From positions 1-64,000 of the forward strand of contig CAWJPJ010000007.1 of assembly GCA_963844715.1 (NCBI GenBank): DNA of 64,000 nt. The letters run 5' to 3'. The notes below the pieces were generated by a model. The model had not been told where the DNA came from. It was given only the letters and a program-made list of their open reading frames with translations, and did no database searches. Below, piece by piece: positions 44,429 through 53,699 of this stretch. This DNA is from an uncultured Phycisphaerales bacterium. Lineage in GTDB: Bacteria; Planctomycetota; Phycisphaerae; Tepidisphaerales; Tepidisphaeraceae. Every line of letters starts with the position of its first letter. The stretch's first letter is position 1. A program made the position numbers and the translations under genes.

Positions 44429-46115
44429 ATGTCCACCGCAACAATCCCATCCCCAACCCCAGCCCCTTCCCGCGCAACCCCCGCCGCCTCCTCCCCCTCC
44501 TTCGTTTCCCACGCCAAGCTCATCTCCGCTCTCACGCTCCTTAGCCGCATCACCGGCATGCTGCCGCGAATCCGTCATCGCCACCTATTTCGGCGCGGGA
44601 GTCGTCTCCTCGGCCTTCACCGTCGCCTTTAAAATCCCCAACCTCTTCCGCAAACTGCTCGGCGAAGGCGCGATCTCCGCCGCTTTCATCCCCCTCTACG
44701 CCCAGGCCATCAAATCCGGCGACCTTAAAGAAGCCAACCGCTTCGCTGCCGCCAGCGTCAACCTCCTCACCGCCATTCTCCTCGCCCTGACCATCTTCGG
44801 CGAACTGGTCCTCTGGGCGATCGCCCATTTCATCCACCTCCGTCCCCAGGACCTCCTCATCGTCCGCTTCACCGCCATCATGCTCCCTTACGTCCTGCTC
44901 GTCTGTCTCACCGGCTTCCTCAGCGGCGTCCTCCAGGTCCACAAACGCTTCGGTCTGCCCGCCCTTACCCCCGTCCTGCTCAACATCATCCACATCGCCG
45001 TCATCGTCGCCGGCGCTCGCATCCTCTTCCTCTCCGCCTCCACCGGCGACGCAAAAATCGAAAAGCAAACCCAGCTCGCCTATTGGCTGGCCGGTTTCGT
45101 CCTCGTCGCTGGCGTCCTCCAGATCGCCATGCTCCTCCCCAGCCTCCGCGCCGTCGGTTTCTCCTTCGCCTCCGTTGCCGATATCTGGACCCCGCGCATC
45201 AAGAAAATGCTCCTCCTCTCCTTCCCCGTCGCCCTCAGCGCCGGCGTCCTACAAATCTCCGTCATCGTCGACACCGCGATCACCGTCTTCCTCACCCGCG
45301 GCCAAAACCCCGCCGACCATCTCCACTTTTTCGGCTTCTCCGCCCCCTATCCCCTGGCCCTCGGCGCTGTCCCGCGCCTGAACTGGGCCCAATTTCTTTA
45401 CCAATTCCCCCTGGGCGTCTTCGCCACCGCCCTGGCGACCGCGATCTTCCCCGGCTTAAGTCACGACGCCTTTGATGCCGACCGCAAAAAATTCAATCGA
45501 GTTCTCCAGGCCGGAATCCTCTTCGCCCTTCTCGAATCCATCCCCGCCAGCGCCGGCCTGGTCCTCGTCCGCTACCCGGTCACCCGCCTCCTCTTCCAGC
45601 ACGGCAGCTTCACCGCGACGGACACCCATTGGGTTGCCCTCTCGACGCTTTTCTACGCCTCGGCCATCTGGGCCTTCAGCCTCCAGCAAGTCCTCAACCG
45701 CGCCTACTACGCCCTCCACGACACCATGACCCCTTTCATCCTGTCGATTGTGACAATCGTCGTGAATACAGCCGTGGAAATCCCCCTCTGCTTCACCAAA
45801 CTAGGCGAAGCCGGCATGGCCGTAGGCACACTCGCCAGCTTCGCGGTCCAGGCCCTGGTCATGCTCTGGCTCCTCAACAAAAAGTCCGGTGGCCTGGGCC
45901 TCCCAACGATCCTCACCGGCGCACTAAAAATGCTAATCGCCTGCGCCGTCATGATCATCGCCTGCCGACTAGTCCAACAATCCCCCCTCTACCCGCACGC
46001 AACTACTCACCTAGCCAGCATCCAGCAACTAGCCATATTGCTCCCCATCGGCGCAGCCACCTACCTGGGAATCTGCTGGCTCCTAGGCGTAAAAGTAAAA
46101 CCGGAAGAATGCTGA
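44429..46115 (+). CDS. murJ: Lipid II flippase MurJ (frameshift ~44565)
   Basis: TLLSRITG; AFKIPNLFRKLLGEGAISAAFIP; QFPLGVFATALATAIFP; RAYYALHDT.TP. Confidence 0.92.
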
Positions 46116-46181
46116 ATGATGATTGCTGAATGCTGAACGGTGAACGGAATTCAAGCAGCGGAATTTACTGGCAACTGGCAA

Positions 46182-47020
46182 CTAGGGCCTGTCTGATGAA
46201 TCCAAAATCCTGAAATAGCGACGGATCATGGCGAGCTTGGCCATGGCCTGAAAGTTCACCGCCAGTTTCTCGTAACGCGTGCCCAGGCGGCGATTCTCCT
46301 TCATCCAATTCACGCAACGCTCCACCACGTTCCGTCGGCGATACGCCTTGCGATCAAAGTTCTCCTGCGGCGGCTGATTCGATTTCGCCGGGATCACCGC
46401 TTGGATTCGGTGGCGACGCAGCCATCGCCGCACATTTCCGTAACTGTATCCCTTGTCGCCCGCCAGCCTCCTGGGGCGACGACGGCGGCGACCGATGCGC
46501 ATCGCGTTCATCACCGGCTCCACGTACCGGCTCTCGTGGCATTGGCCGGCGCTGGCCTCGACGGCGAGCGGAACTCCCTGGCCGTCAGTAACCAGGTGGA
46601 GCTTGCTGCCCCACCCGCCTCGGCTGCGGCCCAACGCGTGATCCGCCGGTTCTTCCGGGGCGGTTTTGATTTTCTGGCTCCGGCGGCGGATCGACTGGCT
46701 CGCACATTGGTGCCGTCGATGCACCACAGGTCCCAGTCGATTCGTCCTTGCTTGTCCAACCTCATCTGCAGCCGCTGGAGGATTCGATCAATCGTTCCGT
46801 CCTTTCTCCAGCGGTTGAAGCGGTCGTAGACGCTTTGCCATCTGCCGTAACGTTCGGGCATCTCGCGCCATTCAGCGCCCGAGTGCAGAATCCAGAACAT
46901 GCCGTTGAGCGTGGTGCGGTGGTCGTTCCACTGCCCGCCGCGCTTGCCGTTGCCGGGCAGCAGATCGCCGATCAACTCGTACTGCTCATCCGTGAGCTCA
47001 TAACGTCGCATCCGTGACAC
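46182..47020 (-). CDS. IS5-family DDE transposase in two overlapping frames
   Basis: WREMPERYGRWQSVYDRFNRW; IDGT; ALGRSRGGWGSKLH; GDKGY; YRRRNVVER; stop codon is formed by the target site. Confidence 0.93.
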
Positions 47021-47071
47021 CTCGTCTGAAAACCGCTATTTATAACCAAAAGCGATTCATCAGACAGGCCC
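46185..47071 (-). mobile_element. IS5-family insertion sequence (IS427-like), 887 bp
   Basis: Perfect 18-bp TIRs GGGCCTGTCTGATGAATC (46185-46202 and 47054-47071); TA duplication in a CTAG target. Confidence 0.95.
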
Positions 47072-47111
47072 TAGCCGAAGGGTCGCCGCGGCGGCCAACT
47101 GCCAACTATCC

Positions 47112-47351
47112 TCATTCCATAAACTTCGCCAACCCCGCGAGCGCTCCGGCCGCGAGGACCATCCCCAGCACGATCAGCACGAACAACCCCGCCGCCTCGC
47201 CCGGCACCTTCGACATATCCTTGCATCGGATCGCCTTGTATACCACCGCCACCCCCGCGCTCAGCGGCAGCAGCAGCGTCGGCCAAATCCACTTGCTGGA
47301 CCAGATCGGCAACGGATCAAAAAACAAAATGTAATCGGCCAAAAAATGCAT
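47112..47351 (-). CDS. Small membrane protein
   Basis: Two TM segments; LLLPL...VAVVYKAIR. Confidence 0.65.
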   Translation of the reverse strand: MHFLADYILFFDPLPIWSSKWIWPTLLLPLSAGVAVVYKAIRCKDMSKVPGEAAGLFVLIVLGMVLAAGALAGLAKFME

Positions 47352-47523
47352 AAATCATCTTCTTCAACTGATACCAAAAAAACATTGGCACAGAGGGCAC
47401 TCCAGATCACAGGGCACACAGAAATGAATTGAAATTCATTTTTTGTTTTTCTCTGTTCATCTTTCTTCTCTGTGCCCTCTGTGATCTCTGTGTTCTCTGT
47501 GCCAAAGCTTTTAGGACGACGTT

Positions 47524-48147
47524 TCACGCGCGTCCCGTCCTCAGTTGATCCGACCGAAACGCCGCATCGATCATTACCAGCAGATTCAGCATTCCCGCCA
47601 CGGCCGTGTATAGCGTCCCGATCTCCCAGGATCGCGCGTGCGAAATCGCCGCCGCCTGCATCGGCGCATCGGCGTTCCCTGCATTCGTTCCCCGCGGCCG
47701 GGCCGCCTGCACCGACACCCATGCCGCTCCCAACGCGATCGGACCGCACAAAACCTGCCCGACAAACCAAGGCTTGTCACTCAATTCCGCCATCGGCTGG
47801 TACCACAGCGCCGTCACCCAGGACCGGTCCCGATCGTCCGCCGCGGGATTCTCTTCCTGATCTTTGGTCATCGGGTCCACGATCCGAAGCTCAAACCGGT
47901 CCGCCCCCACCTCTCTCTTCACGATCATCGTCATATACCCATAATCCCCCCACCCCGGCGGATCCATCACCCGAATCCCCCCCACCAGCAGCCCCATCAA
48001 AAACACAAAAACAACCGCGACCCCCACTGTGACGCCGTGCGCCCGCTGTCCGATGATCCAGTATCCTCCCCCGGGAATGATCCAGGAAAAAATAGCCGTT
48101 ATCGCCGGCGAAGGGACTTGCCTGGTTGCCTGGGTTTCCATCGTCAT
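47524..48147 (-). CDS. DUF6677-like membrane protein
   Basis: SWIIPGGGYW; EIGTLYTAVAGMLNLLVMIDA. Confidence 0.7.
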   Translation of the reverse strand: MTMETQATRQVPSPAITAIFSWIIPGGGYWIIGQRAHGVTVGVAVVFVFLMGLLVGGIRVMDPPGWGDYGYMTMIVKREVGADRFELRIVDPMTKDQEENPAADDRDRSWVTALWYQPMAELSDKPWFVGQVLCGPIALGAAWVSVQAARPRGTNAGNADAPMQAAAISHARSWEIGTLYTAVAGMLNLLVMIDAAFRSDQLRTGRA

Positions 48148-48455
48148 GAGCGCCGCGTAGCCGCCCCACTCAGTTCCCCCCCGCCCGCCCCCGCGGACTC
48201 GATCTCCACAACACTATAATCGTCCAGATTCAGCGTCGTGATCTCCCCATCCTCTTTGCGAATCGTCAAACGATCCAGCCAGAGCTTGTCATCCTTGCTA
48301 TGCGCAAACCAACTCCCCGTCCGCTGTTGCTCGAACTCGACGACAATCCCGCGCACCTCGCTGGCCCAGGAATAATTCCGAGCCCCGATCTGCTGAACGA
48401 CTTTCACACGCGCACCCGGCACCAGCTTCTGCCGAATAGAGAGGTCCACTGCCAT
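48144..48455 (-). CDS. Conserved hypothetical protein
   Basis: TGSWFAHSKDDKLWLDRL; ATGA overlap with the next gene. Confidence 0.7.
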   Translation of the reverse strand: MAVDLSIRQKLVPGARVKVVQQIGARNYSWASEVRGIVVEFEQQRTGSWFAHSKDDKLWLDRLTIRKEDGEITTLNLDDYSVVEIESAGAGGGELSGAATRRS

Positions 48456-48571
48456 AGAGACAAAAGACTAAGGGCCGGACCCCCCAAAGGCAACTGACGC
48501 TCCGGCAGAGGGGTCCGTTAGCGACTTCGAATGGTTTCCTTCAACCGAGCGATTAACACCCGTAAAATGGG

Positions 48572-48856
48572 TTGATGCCCGCCGCCCCACGATGCCTCTT
48601 TAAAGTATCCGCCACCTTCCTTGTATCGACGCATGGATTGGTATTGGTACGGGGCATCGCTCCGATCGGTGACGAGCGATTCCGCGTAGGAGATTTTGTA
48701 GAACTTCGCCGCCCCGATGGAACAATTTTAAGAGTAAAAATAACGGGGATTGAAATGCTGAGTCCCCCACCGGCCGACCATTCAATGCCGATTGTGATAA
48801 AGGAACTCACCCGAAAAGAAGATGTGCCAATCGGAACCGAAGTCTGGTCGATTTAA
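48572..48856 (+). CDS. Small protein resembling an EF-Tu domain II beta-barrel
   Basis: FKVSATF....GLVL..G......VGD.VEL...G.....ITGIEM pattern. Confidence 0.5.
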   Translation: MMPAAPRCLFKVSATFLVSTHGLVLVRGIAPIGDERFRVGDFVELRRPDGTILRVKITGIEMLSPPPADHSMPIVIKELTRKEDVPIGTEVWSI

Positions 48857-49096
48857 GCGAGCTGCGATGCGCGTCTTTGAACACGCCTTTGAATTTTGCA
48901 GTCCGCGCAACAATCCGCAGATGCCGCAAACCCCCAATCATGCCAATCGCCGCCTCCCATTTCGATCACTCGATCATTCGGACTTGAGTCGTCATTTATC
49001 ATTTAAAATTCGTCATTCTCCTTTCCTGACCCTGGTTGAAGCCCCCTCTTCTTCGCGCCTTCGCGCCCTTCGCGGTAAAAAAATTAAGTCGCTCCC

Positions 49097-49737
49097 CTAC
49101 TTCGCACCCCTCCGGAAAACCCCCTGAATCTCCTGCTGATACCAATCATGGAACCGGTCCAGCGTCAGGCGGCGGAAGATCCGCGCGATCTTCTCCCGCC
49201 GCGGTCCGGAGAAACCGATCTCGTGATCGAACCACCGCTCGAGCCGCAGTCCCGCCGCATCGCACCAGCGGAGCAATCGCTTATGCGTCATGAACTGCAC
49301 GTGCGTTGAATCAAAAATCCCCAGCCGTTCCTCCGGCCAGTCGCCCCCCCGAAAAACCGTCTTCAGCACCGTCAGATTCCGCATGTTCGGCACGCTGATC
49401 ACCAACCACCCCCCTTCCCGCACGCAAGCGGCAAACCCCTTCAGCACCTCCCACGCCTGCGGAATATGCTCGATCACATCCGCCAGAATCAGCCCGTCCA
49501 GGCTCCCCGCCTCAAAAGGCTGTTCCCCCGGCGAAATCACCCGCGCCTGGTAATTCGTCCCCGCGCCACTTCGATCGCCCCCGGCGAAATATCCACCCCA
49601 TGCACTTCCCTCCCCCCGGCCACCAGCTTCGCTTCCGTCCCCGCATACCCGCACCCAATCGACCCAATCACACGCCCGTCCGGCGGAATCATCTTCAAAA
49701 TGTCCCCACGCTCGATATCCAAATAGGGATAGTCCAT
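49097..49737 (-). CDS. Class I SAM-dependent methyltransferase (frameshift ~49555)
   Basis: SIGCGYAG; GVDIS; LILADVIEHI; ISVPN; GIFDSTH. Confidence 0.8.
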
Positions 49738-49825
49738 CGCCGCATCGTCCTCAGCCCCAGCCCCCCGCCATTCAATTCTACAGCCAAGACACGAAAACGC
49801 AGCCCGGACAAGGATCGTCGGCCCG

Positions 49826-50284
49826 TTAGTTCGAAATGACTTTCTGATTTGCAGGTATTGTCCCACACTCCGGACACCGCTCCGGCGTGGCCCGCAGGTC
49901 GTCGCCGCACTTTTGGCAGCACCCGCTTGGCATTCGCCGCCGAAACAGAAACCCAAACACCCAACTTGCCGGAAACACAAGCAAAAGGGCCGTGGCATAA
50001 ACGTACCCGATGCTGAAGTAATTTCGCCCGGCAATGTAATGAAACGTCCAAACCCCATTGCCTGACGTCGGCGGAAGAAGCTTGACGGGAGCATGCAGCG
50101 AAATCCAGCCGTGAAAGGATTCCAGCTCCACGGTCTTTTGACCCCGATGGAAAACCCACCTATCGCCAAATTGAACAGGAGGAAAAAACGAATAGCTCCG
50201 TTCCCAAAGCACCGCCGTCACCAGGCAGAGCAGCAAAGAGATCGCCGCAAGCCCATTGAACACCCATCGCCGGAAGCGCTTCAT
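49826..50284 (-). CDS. Membrane protein with C-terminal zinc ribbon
   Basis: SLLLCLVTAVLW.RSY; CQKCGDDLRATPERCPECG. Confidence 0.8.
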   Translation of the reverse strand: MKRFRRWVFNGLAAISLLLCLVTAVLWERSYSFFPPVQFGDRWVFHRGQKTVELESFHGWISLHAPVKLLPPTSGNGVWTFHYIAGRNYFSIGYVYATALLLVFPASWVFGFLFRRRMPSGCCQKCGDDLRATPERCPECGTIPANQKVISN

Positions 50285-50522
50285 TCGAAACAGATTCTAC
50301 CGCGCCGCAATCGATTAACTCGACCAATCTTCGGCCCCACCGGCCCTAATGGCCCTCTCTTCAATGCCCGCAGTACCCATGCGCAAGCAGAAAATACAAC
50401 CCGCGATCAGAATCCAAAGCAGCAGCAAACTGAACGAACACCGCAGGCAACAGGTGCCAACGCTTCCCATGGCTCCATCCTACCAACCGCGCACAAAAAA
50501 CTCCCCACGGGCAGCTTGCCGG

Positions 50523-50882
50523 CTATTTTGAGTTTTCCGACTGAATCAGCACAGTTCCGCATTCCGGGCACCGCTCCGGCGCGGCCCGAAGGTCATGCCC
50601 GCATACCGCGCAAGTCCGGGCGCCCGCGTCGCAAGCCTTGGGAAGAAGCTTACGAAAAATATAATGTGAGAAGATTCCTATCCCAATCAAGAGAACGAGG
50701 TCCAGGGGAATTGAAAACATTGAACAATCCGGACCTTCGTGAGCGGCCAGCGTGTCAAAAAGAAATCCGATTGGTATCCCGAGTATTAAAGCCAAAACGA
50801 ACAGCGGCAGCCGCCGGCGCTTGGGGCAGACAAACCCAGCCACCCCGAAGGCAACGGCTATTAACACGACAGAAATGTTGAC
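50523..50882 (-). CDS. Membrane protein with C-terminal zinc ribbon (start uncertain)
   Basis: TM segments; CAVCGHDLRAAPERCPECG. Confidence 0.65.
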   Translation of the reverse strand, partial: VNISVVLIAVAFGVAGFVCPKRRRLPLFVLALILGIPIGFLFDTLAAHEGPDCSMFSIPLDLVLLIGIGIFSHYIFRKLLPKACDAGARTCAVCGHDLRAAPERCPECGTVLIQSENSK

Positions 50883-51236
50883 TACGATGTCTTTCAAGAG
50901 CTCGAGAGTCCTCGTGCCGCACACCTCTTCTCGCCCCAAGAATATTATCAGAGCGGTCCGATCAACCCCCTAGCAAACAAGCCCAGCCGACTACGATCTT
51001 CCATTTCCTCGCGTCCTTCGCGGCTTCGCCGTAAAAAAATCCCTCCGCACGTTTCCCAAGAGCGCCATGCCTCCGTGCGAACGCGATCCGGTCATTCTGA
51101 AATTCGGATTTGATTCGCCCCGCCACGGCGGATGCTGGCACACATTCGGATTTCGTCATTAGATTTGCACGGGACTGATTTGATCGAGGAACTGAACGCC
51201 ATGTGGTCGAACTGCCAGGCGAACCTCCAATTGTTC

Positions 51237-51369
51237 TCACCCCGCCTTTCGTCGTCTGGATCCCACTGTAGACTTCCGGATCGCCTTCTCCAGCTTATCG
51301 ATTGTTCGCAACGTCGCCGTGTGAGCACCGGATTCGATCCGGGAAATCGTCTCCTGCCTGACTCCGGCC
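51237..51369 (-). pseudogene. C-terminal remnant of an XRE-family HTH protein
   Basis: Frame reads AGVRQETISRIESGAHTATLRTIDKLEKAIRKS; the 5' part is replaced by heptamer repeats. Confidence 0.5.
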
Positions 51370-51791
51370 ATTCGAACATTCGAACTTGATTCGTCATTCC
51401 TCATTTATCATTAGTCATTCGCCGAAGAACCCCCTCTCCACACGAGCCAAGTAAGCGCACTTACCGCCACTCCAACCCAGAACAGACTATAAGATGTTAA
51501 TTGCTATAGACTTACCGATAATTAAGTCCACCCCCGCATTTCCAAAAGCGCTTACTTTTGTATCCTCATGCCCCGCCCCGCCCCGCCCTATCCACTGCTC
51601 ACCTGCTCGACTGCTCACCTCCTCTCGCGAAGCGGTCCCATCCCCCGCCCAATTTCAAAACGGGACATTTCGGGACTTTTTGGAACCCGCCTGCCCTGAG
51701 GGAACTCGAAGGGCCCCTCCCTTTCGAGCCTTTCTTCCCCGCTGGCAACTGGCAACTGGCAACTCGCAACTGGCAACTAGAATGCCCTTCC

Positions 51792-52298
51792 TCACCCCTT
51801 TAGGGCAGCCAAGAGTTCATCGTAGAGTTGTTCGATCGCCTGCGGGACAACGCGCGTCTCTCCCACGATGCTCATGAAGTTGATATCCCCGCCCCAGCGC
51901 GGCACCACGTGCTGGTGCAGATGCCCCGGCAGTCCGGCCCCGGCCACGCGGCCGATGTTGATCCCGATGTTGAATCCCTGAGCTGAGACCGCCCGGCGGA
52001 GAAGCTCCATCGCTCCGATCGTCTGCTTCGACAGATCAAGCTGCTCCGCATCGGTGAGCGTCTCCATCTCCCCCTTGTGTGCCCGCGGCGCGACCAGCAG
52101 ATGCCCGTTGGCGTAGGGGAACCGGTTCAGAACCACGATCGTCAGTTCCGTCTCCCACAAGAGAAGCCGCTGGCGGCGGACCGCCGGATCGGCTCCCGCG
52201 GCCGCGGCGCTGCATAGAAAGCACTCGGATTTGTCCTGCGACTGAAGCGAACGGATGTAATCCATTCGCCAGGGAGCGTGTAACGTCGGCTGTTCCAT
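51792..52298 (-). CDS. HIT-family protein (Ap4A hydrolase/phosphorylase type)
   Basis: LHAPWRMDYI; LNRFPYANGHLLV; AGAGLPGHLHQHVVPRW.GD. Confidence 0.92.
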   Translation of the reverse strand: MEQPTLHAPWRMDYIRSLQSQDKSECFLCSAAAAGADPAVRRQRLLLWETELTIVVLNRFPYANGHLLVAPRAHKGEMETLTDAEQLDLSKQTIGAMELLRRAVSAQGFNIGINIGRVAGAGLPGHLHQHVVPRWGGDINFMSIVGETRVVPQAIEQLYDELLAALKG

Positions 52299-52354
52299 AG
52301 GATCGGATACCGTAGCATCGGATGCGGTAGGATCGAAGCCGCGCGGCGGAAATC

Positions 52355-53196
52355 CTACGCCACCGCCTGCGGCTTGAACTCCGGCTGCACCGTCACCTGC
52401 ACGCGCGGCGCCATCTCGATCACTTCCTTGGCCAGCACCCGGTAATCGCTCGCCCCGTGGCTTGCCGGTTCATATTGAAAGATCGTCTGCCCGAAGCTCG
52501 GGCACTCGGCGAGTTTGATATTCCGCCGAATCCGGGTGGCGAAGATCTTCGCGTTCGACCACGGCGTGTTCTTGCCGTGCGCGTCGCGGATGAATCCGGA
52601 AAGATCTTCGACGACTTCGGTGCTGAGTTTGGTTTGCGCATCGAACATGGTGAGCACGATGCCGGACACCTTCAAGCGGGGATTCACGCGCCGGCTGACC
52701 AGCGAAACCGTCTCCAGCAGTTTCCCGACCCCTTGCAGCGCCAAAAAGTGCGGCTGCATCGGCACGATCACTTCCTCCGCGCACGCCAGGGCGTTGATGG
52801 TGAGCAACCCCAGCGACGGCGGGCAATCGAGGAGGAGAAAATCAAAATCGTGCTGCGCCGCCTCGATGCGGCGCTTCAGAAGCGTTTGCGCCCCAGAACG
52901 CTGGCCAGTTCGACTTCCGCGCCGGCCAGATCGATGTTGCCGGGAACGATGGCGATGCAATCGCTGATTTTCTGCACCGCCGAAAGAAACGGCGCCTGTT
53001 CCATCAAAACCTGGTAGAGCGACGTTACGTCCGCCGCGCCGGGATCGACGCCGTAATTGATGGTGAGATGCGATTGCGGATCGAGATCGACGAGGCAGAT
53101 TTTTTTTCCCTGCTCGGCTAGCGCGGCGCCGAGATTCGCCGTCGTCGTTGTTTTGCCGACCCCGCCCTTTTGATTCATCAGCGCGATGATGCGCAT
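52355..53196 (-). CDS. parA: ParA/Soj-family ATPase (frameshift ~52890)
   Basis: NQKGGVGKTTT; DLDPQ; DCPPSLGLLT.NAL; IRRNIKLAECPSFG. Confidence 0.9.
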
Positions 53197-53308
53197 ATCG
53201 CAGCCTCCATGCTCACGACTTTGTATCCTCATTATCGAGTTATTTCGGGTTTAAAACAAGGGATCGGGCCCGCGCGAAGCGGTGAATATGCGAAAAAACA
53301 AGCGGCGG

Positions 53309-53347
53309 AAAAAGAAGAAAGCTTCCGCCGTGGCCGGGAAGCTTTCT
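53309..53347 (-). terminator. Rho-independent terminator
   Basis: AGAAAGCTTCC/GGAAGCTTTCT stem followed by TCTTTTT on the minus strand. Confidence 0.65.
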
Positions 53348-53486
53348 ATTTCGTTGGGATCCGCGGACCTTATTTTTGGAGCCAAAGGTTTCGCGGAAGA
53401 ATCCGACGGCGGCACATGCGCGAGCATCGCGGACGGTTTTTAGAGTTTGGAGCCACGCGTCCGCGCGCCGCGACAGGTGCGGCGAT

Positions 53487-53552
53487 TTACTTCTTCTTGG
53501 TCGTCTTTTTCCTCTTCGACGACCGCTTTGCGGCTTTCTTCTTCTTTGCCAT
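53487..53552 (-). CDS. 21-aa lysine-rich small protein MAKKKKAAKRSSKRKKTTKKK
   Basis: Full-length SD AAAGGAGGTGA just upstream of the ATG; TAA stop; upstream promoter; downstream terminator. Confidence 0.7.
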   Translation of the reverse strand: MAKKKKAAKRSSKRKKTTKKK

Positions 53553-53581
53553 GGCGCTATCACCTCCTTTCACAATTGCCA

Positions 53582-53609
53582 AATGTATGTCGCAGGAATC
53601 TCCAGTCAA
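53582..53609 (-). promoter_or_regulatory. Sigma70-like promoter of the small basic ORF
   Basis: TTGACT-N16-TACATT with an upstream A/T tract. Confidence 0.55.
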
Positions 53610-53699
53610 TGCTTTTTTGTAAAAATCAGCCGGGCATTTTTTCGAAAGCGCGTTGGACGTAGAATTGAATTCTGATCTTTTTTCTACTCGAGGAACATC

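Noticed and set aside
51486..51525. dif-like AT-rich quasi-palindrome
   Set aside because: Poor match to XerC/XerD arms, and the skew direction indicates an origin rather than a terminus.
35901..51790. CRISPR array among the short repeats
   Set aside because: Units are 7-15 bp tandem or inverted repeats without unique spacers, and there are no cas genes.
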